Shown piece after piece: positions 62,331 through 62,428 of a DNA stretch of 62,428 nucleotides (within the stretch, counting starts at the first letter, position 1; the number at the start of each line of letters is the position of its first letter). The notes below the pieces were generated by a model. The model was not told where the DNA came from, ran no database searches, and saw only the letters and a program-made list of their open reading frames with translations. The stretch is from Syntrophomonadaceae bacterium (GTDB lineage Bacteria > Bacillota > DSM-12270 > Thermacetogeniales > Thermacetogeniaceae). The position numbers were made by a program, and so were the translations under genes. Location: positions 1-62,428 of the forward strand of contig DULM01000128.1 of the NCBI GenBank assembly GCA_012840405.1, given 5' to 3'.

Positions 62331-62428
62331 TCTTTCTAAACCTATATCCTCCACCACCCAAGTTGCCTGCTGTATAAAAAAACTGCCATCACTTGTTATT
62401 TTACCATATCCCTTCAGTGATGCCAGCA

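Noticed and set aside
1-62428. rRNA, tRNA, tmRNA, RNase P or SRP RNA genes
   Set aside because: I saw no T-loop (GGTTCGAATCC-like) or acceptor-stem patterns and no long ORF-free conserved-looking stretches apart from the repeat loci. This is not excluded without a covariance-model scan.

Overview
62.4-kb chromosomal segment from an endospore-forming Firmicute, class Clostridia. Gene content looks Peptococcaceae/Desulfitobacteriaceae-like, but that placement is inference only. Most genes are on the minus strand.

Backbone. Read right to left, the backbone is colinear with the Bacillus subtilis oriC-proximal block: yaaO-like decarboxylase, tmk, holB, ricT(yaaT), rsmI, abrB, metG, tatD, two yabE-like genes flanking an SLT transglycosylase, rsmA(ksgA), ykuK-like, splB, yabG, veg, [accessory block], ispE, GntR regulator, nucleotidyltransferase, spoVG, glmU, prs, rplY(ctc), pth, mfd, prsA-like, spoVT, yabM-like flippase, mazG(yabN), hup, yabO, spoIID, LCP, then a SCIFF pair, LysM-M23 peptidase, murA and rlmH. 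No rRNA, tRNA or CRISPR array was seen.

Accessory and unusual content:
1. A SCIFF ribosomal peptide gene of 49 codons, missing from the ORF track, sits next to its radical SAM/SPASM maturase (7.3-8.9 kb).
2. A block of about 14 kb lies between ispE and veg. It holds cphB-cphA (cyanophycin), a ZIP transporter, spoIIR and a run of apparent late-sporulation genes. These include a DUF3794x3-LysM protein, a CAP/YkwD protein with a PEPQ linker, and four tandem YjcZ-like micro-ORFs not in the track. The run also has two paralogous flanking genes, a coupled patatin plus S1-like protease pair, and a 22-Cys orphan. At least seven of these units carry the same sigma-K-like promoter motif.
3. A visibly AT-rich island of about 2 kb (51953-53920) is bounded by a perfect 14-bp inverted repeat. 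It carries orphan ORFs joined by an A_AAA_AAG -1 slippery heptamer and a UPF0175/DUF3368 (PIN-like) toxin-antitoxin pair whose toxin is frameshifted.
4. A family of strand-asymmetric low-complexity intergenic repeats (CCGACCTC-type and TTGGTGGTT-type) occurs at four loci.

Functional calls come from reading the translations by eye. No database search was run.
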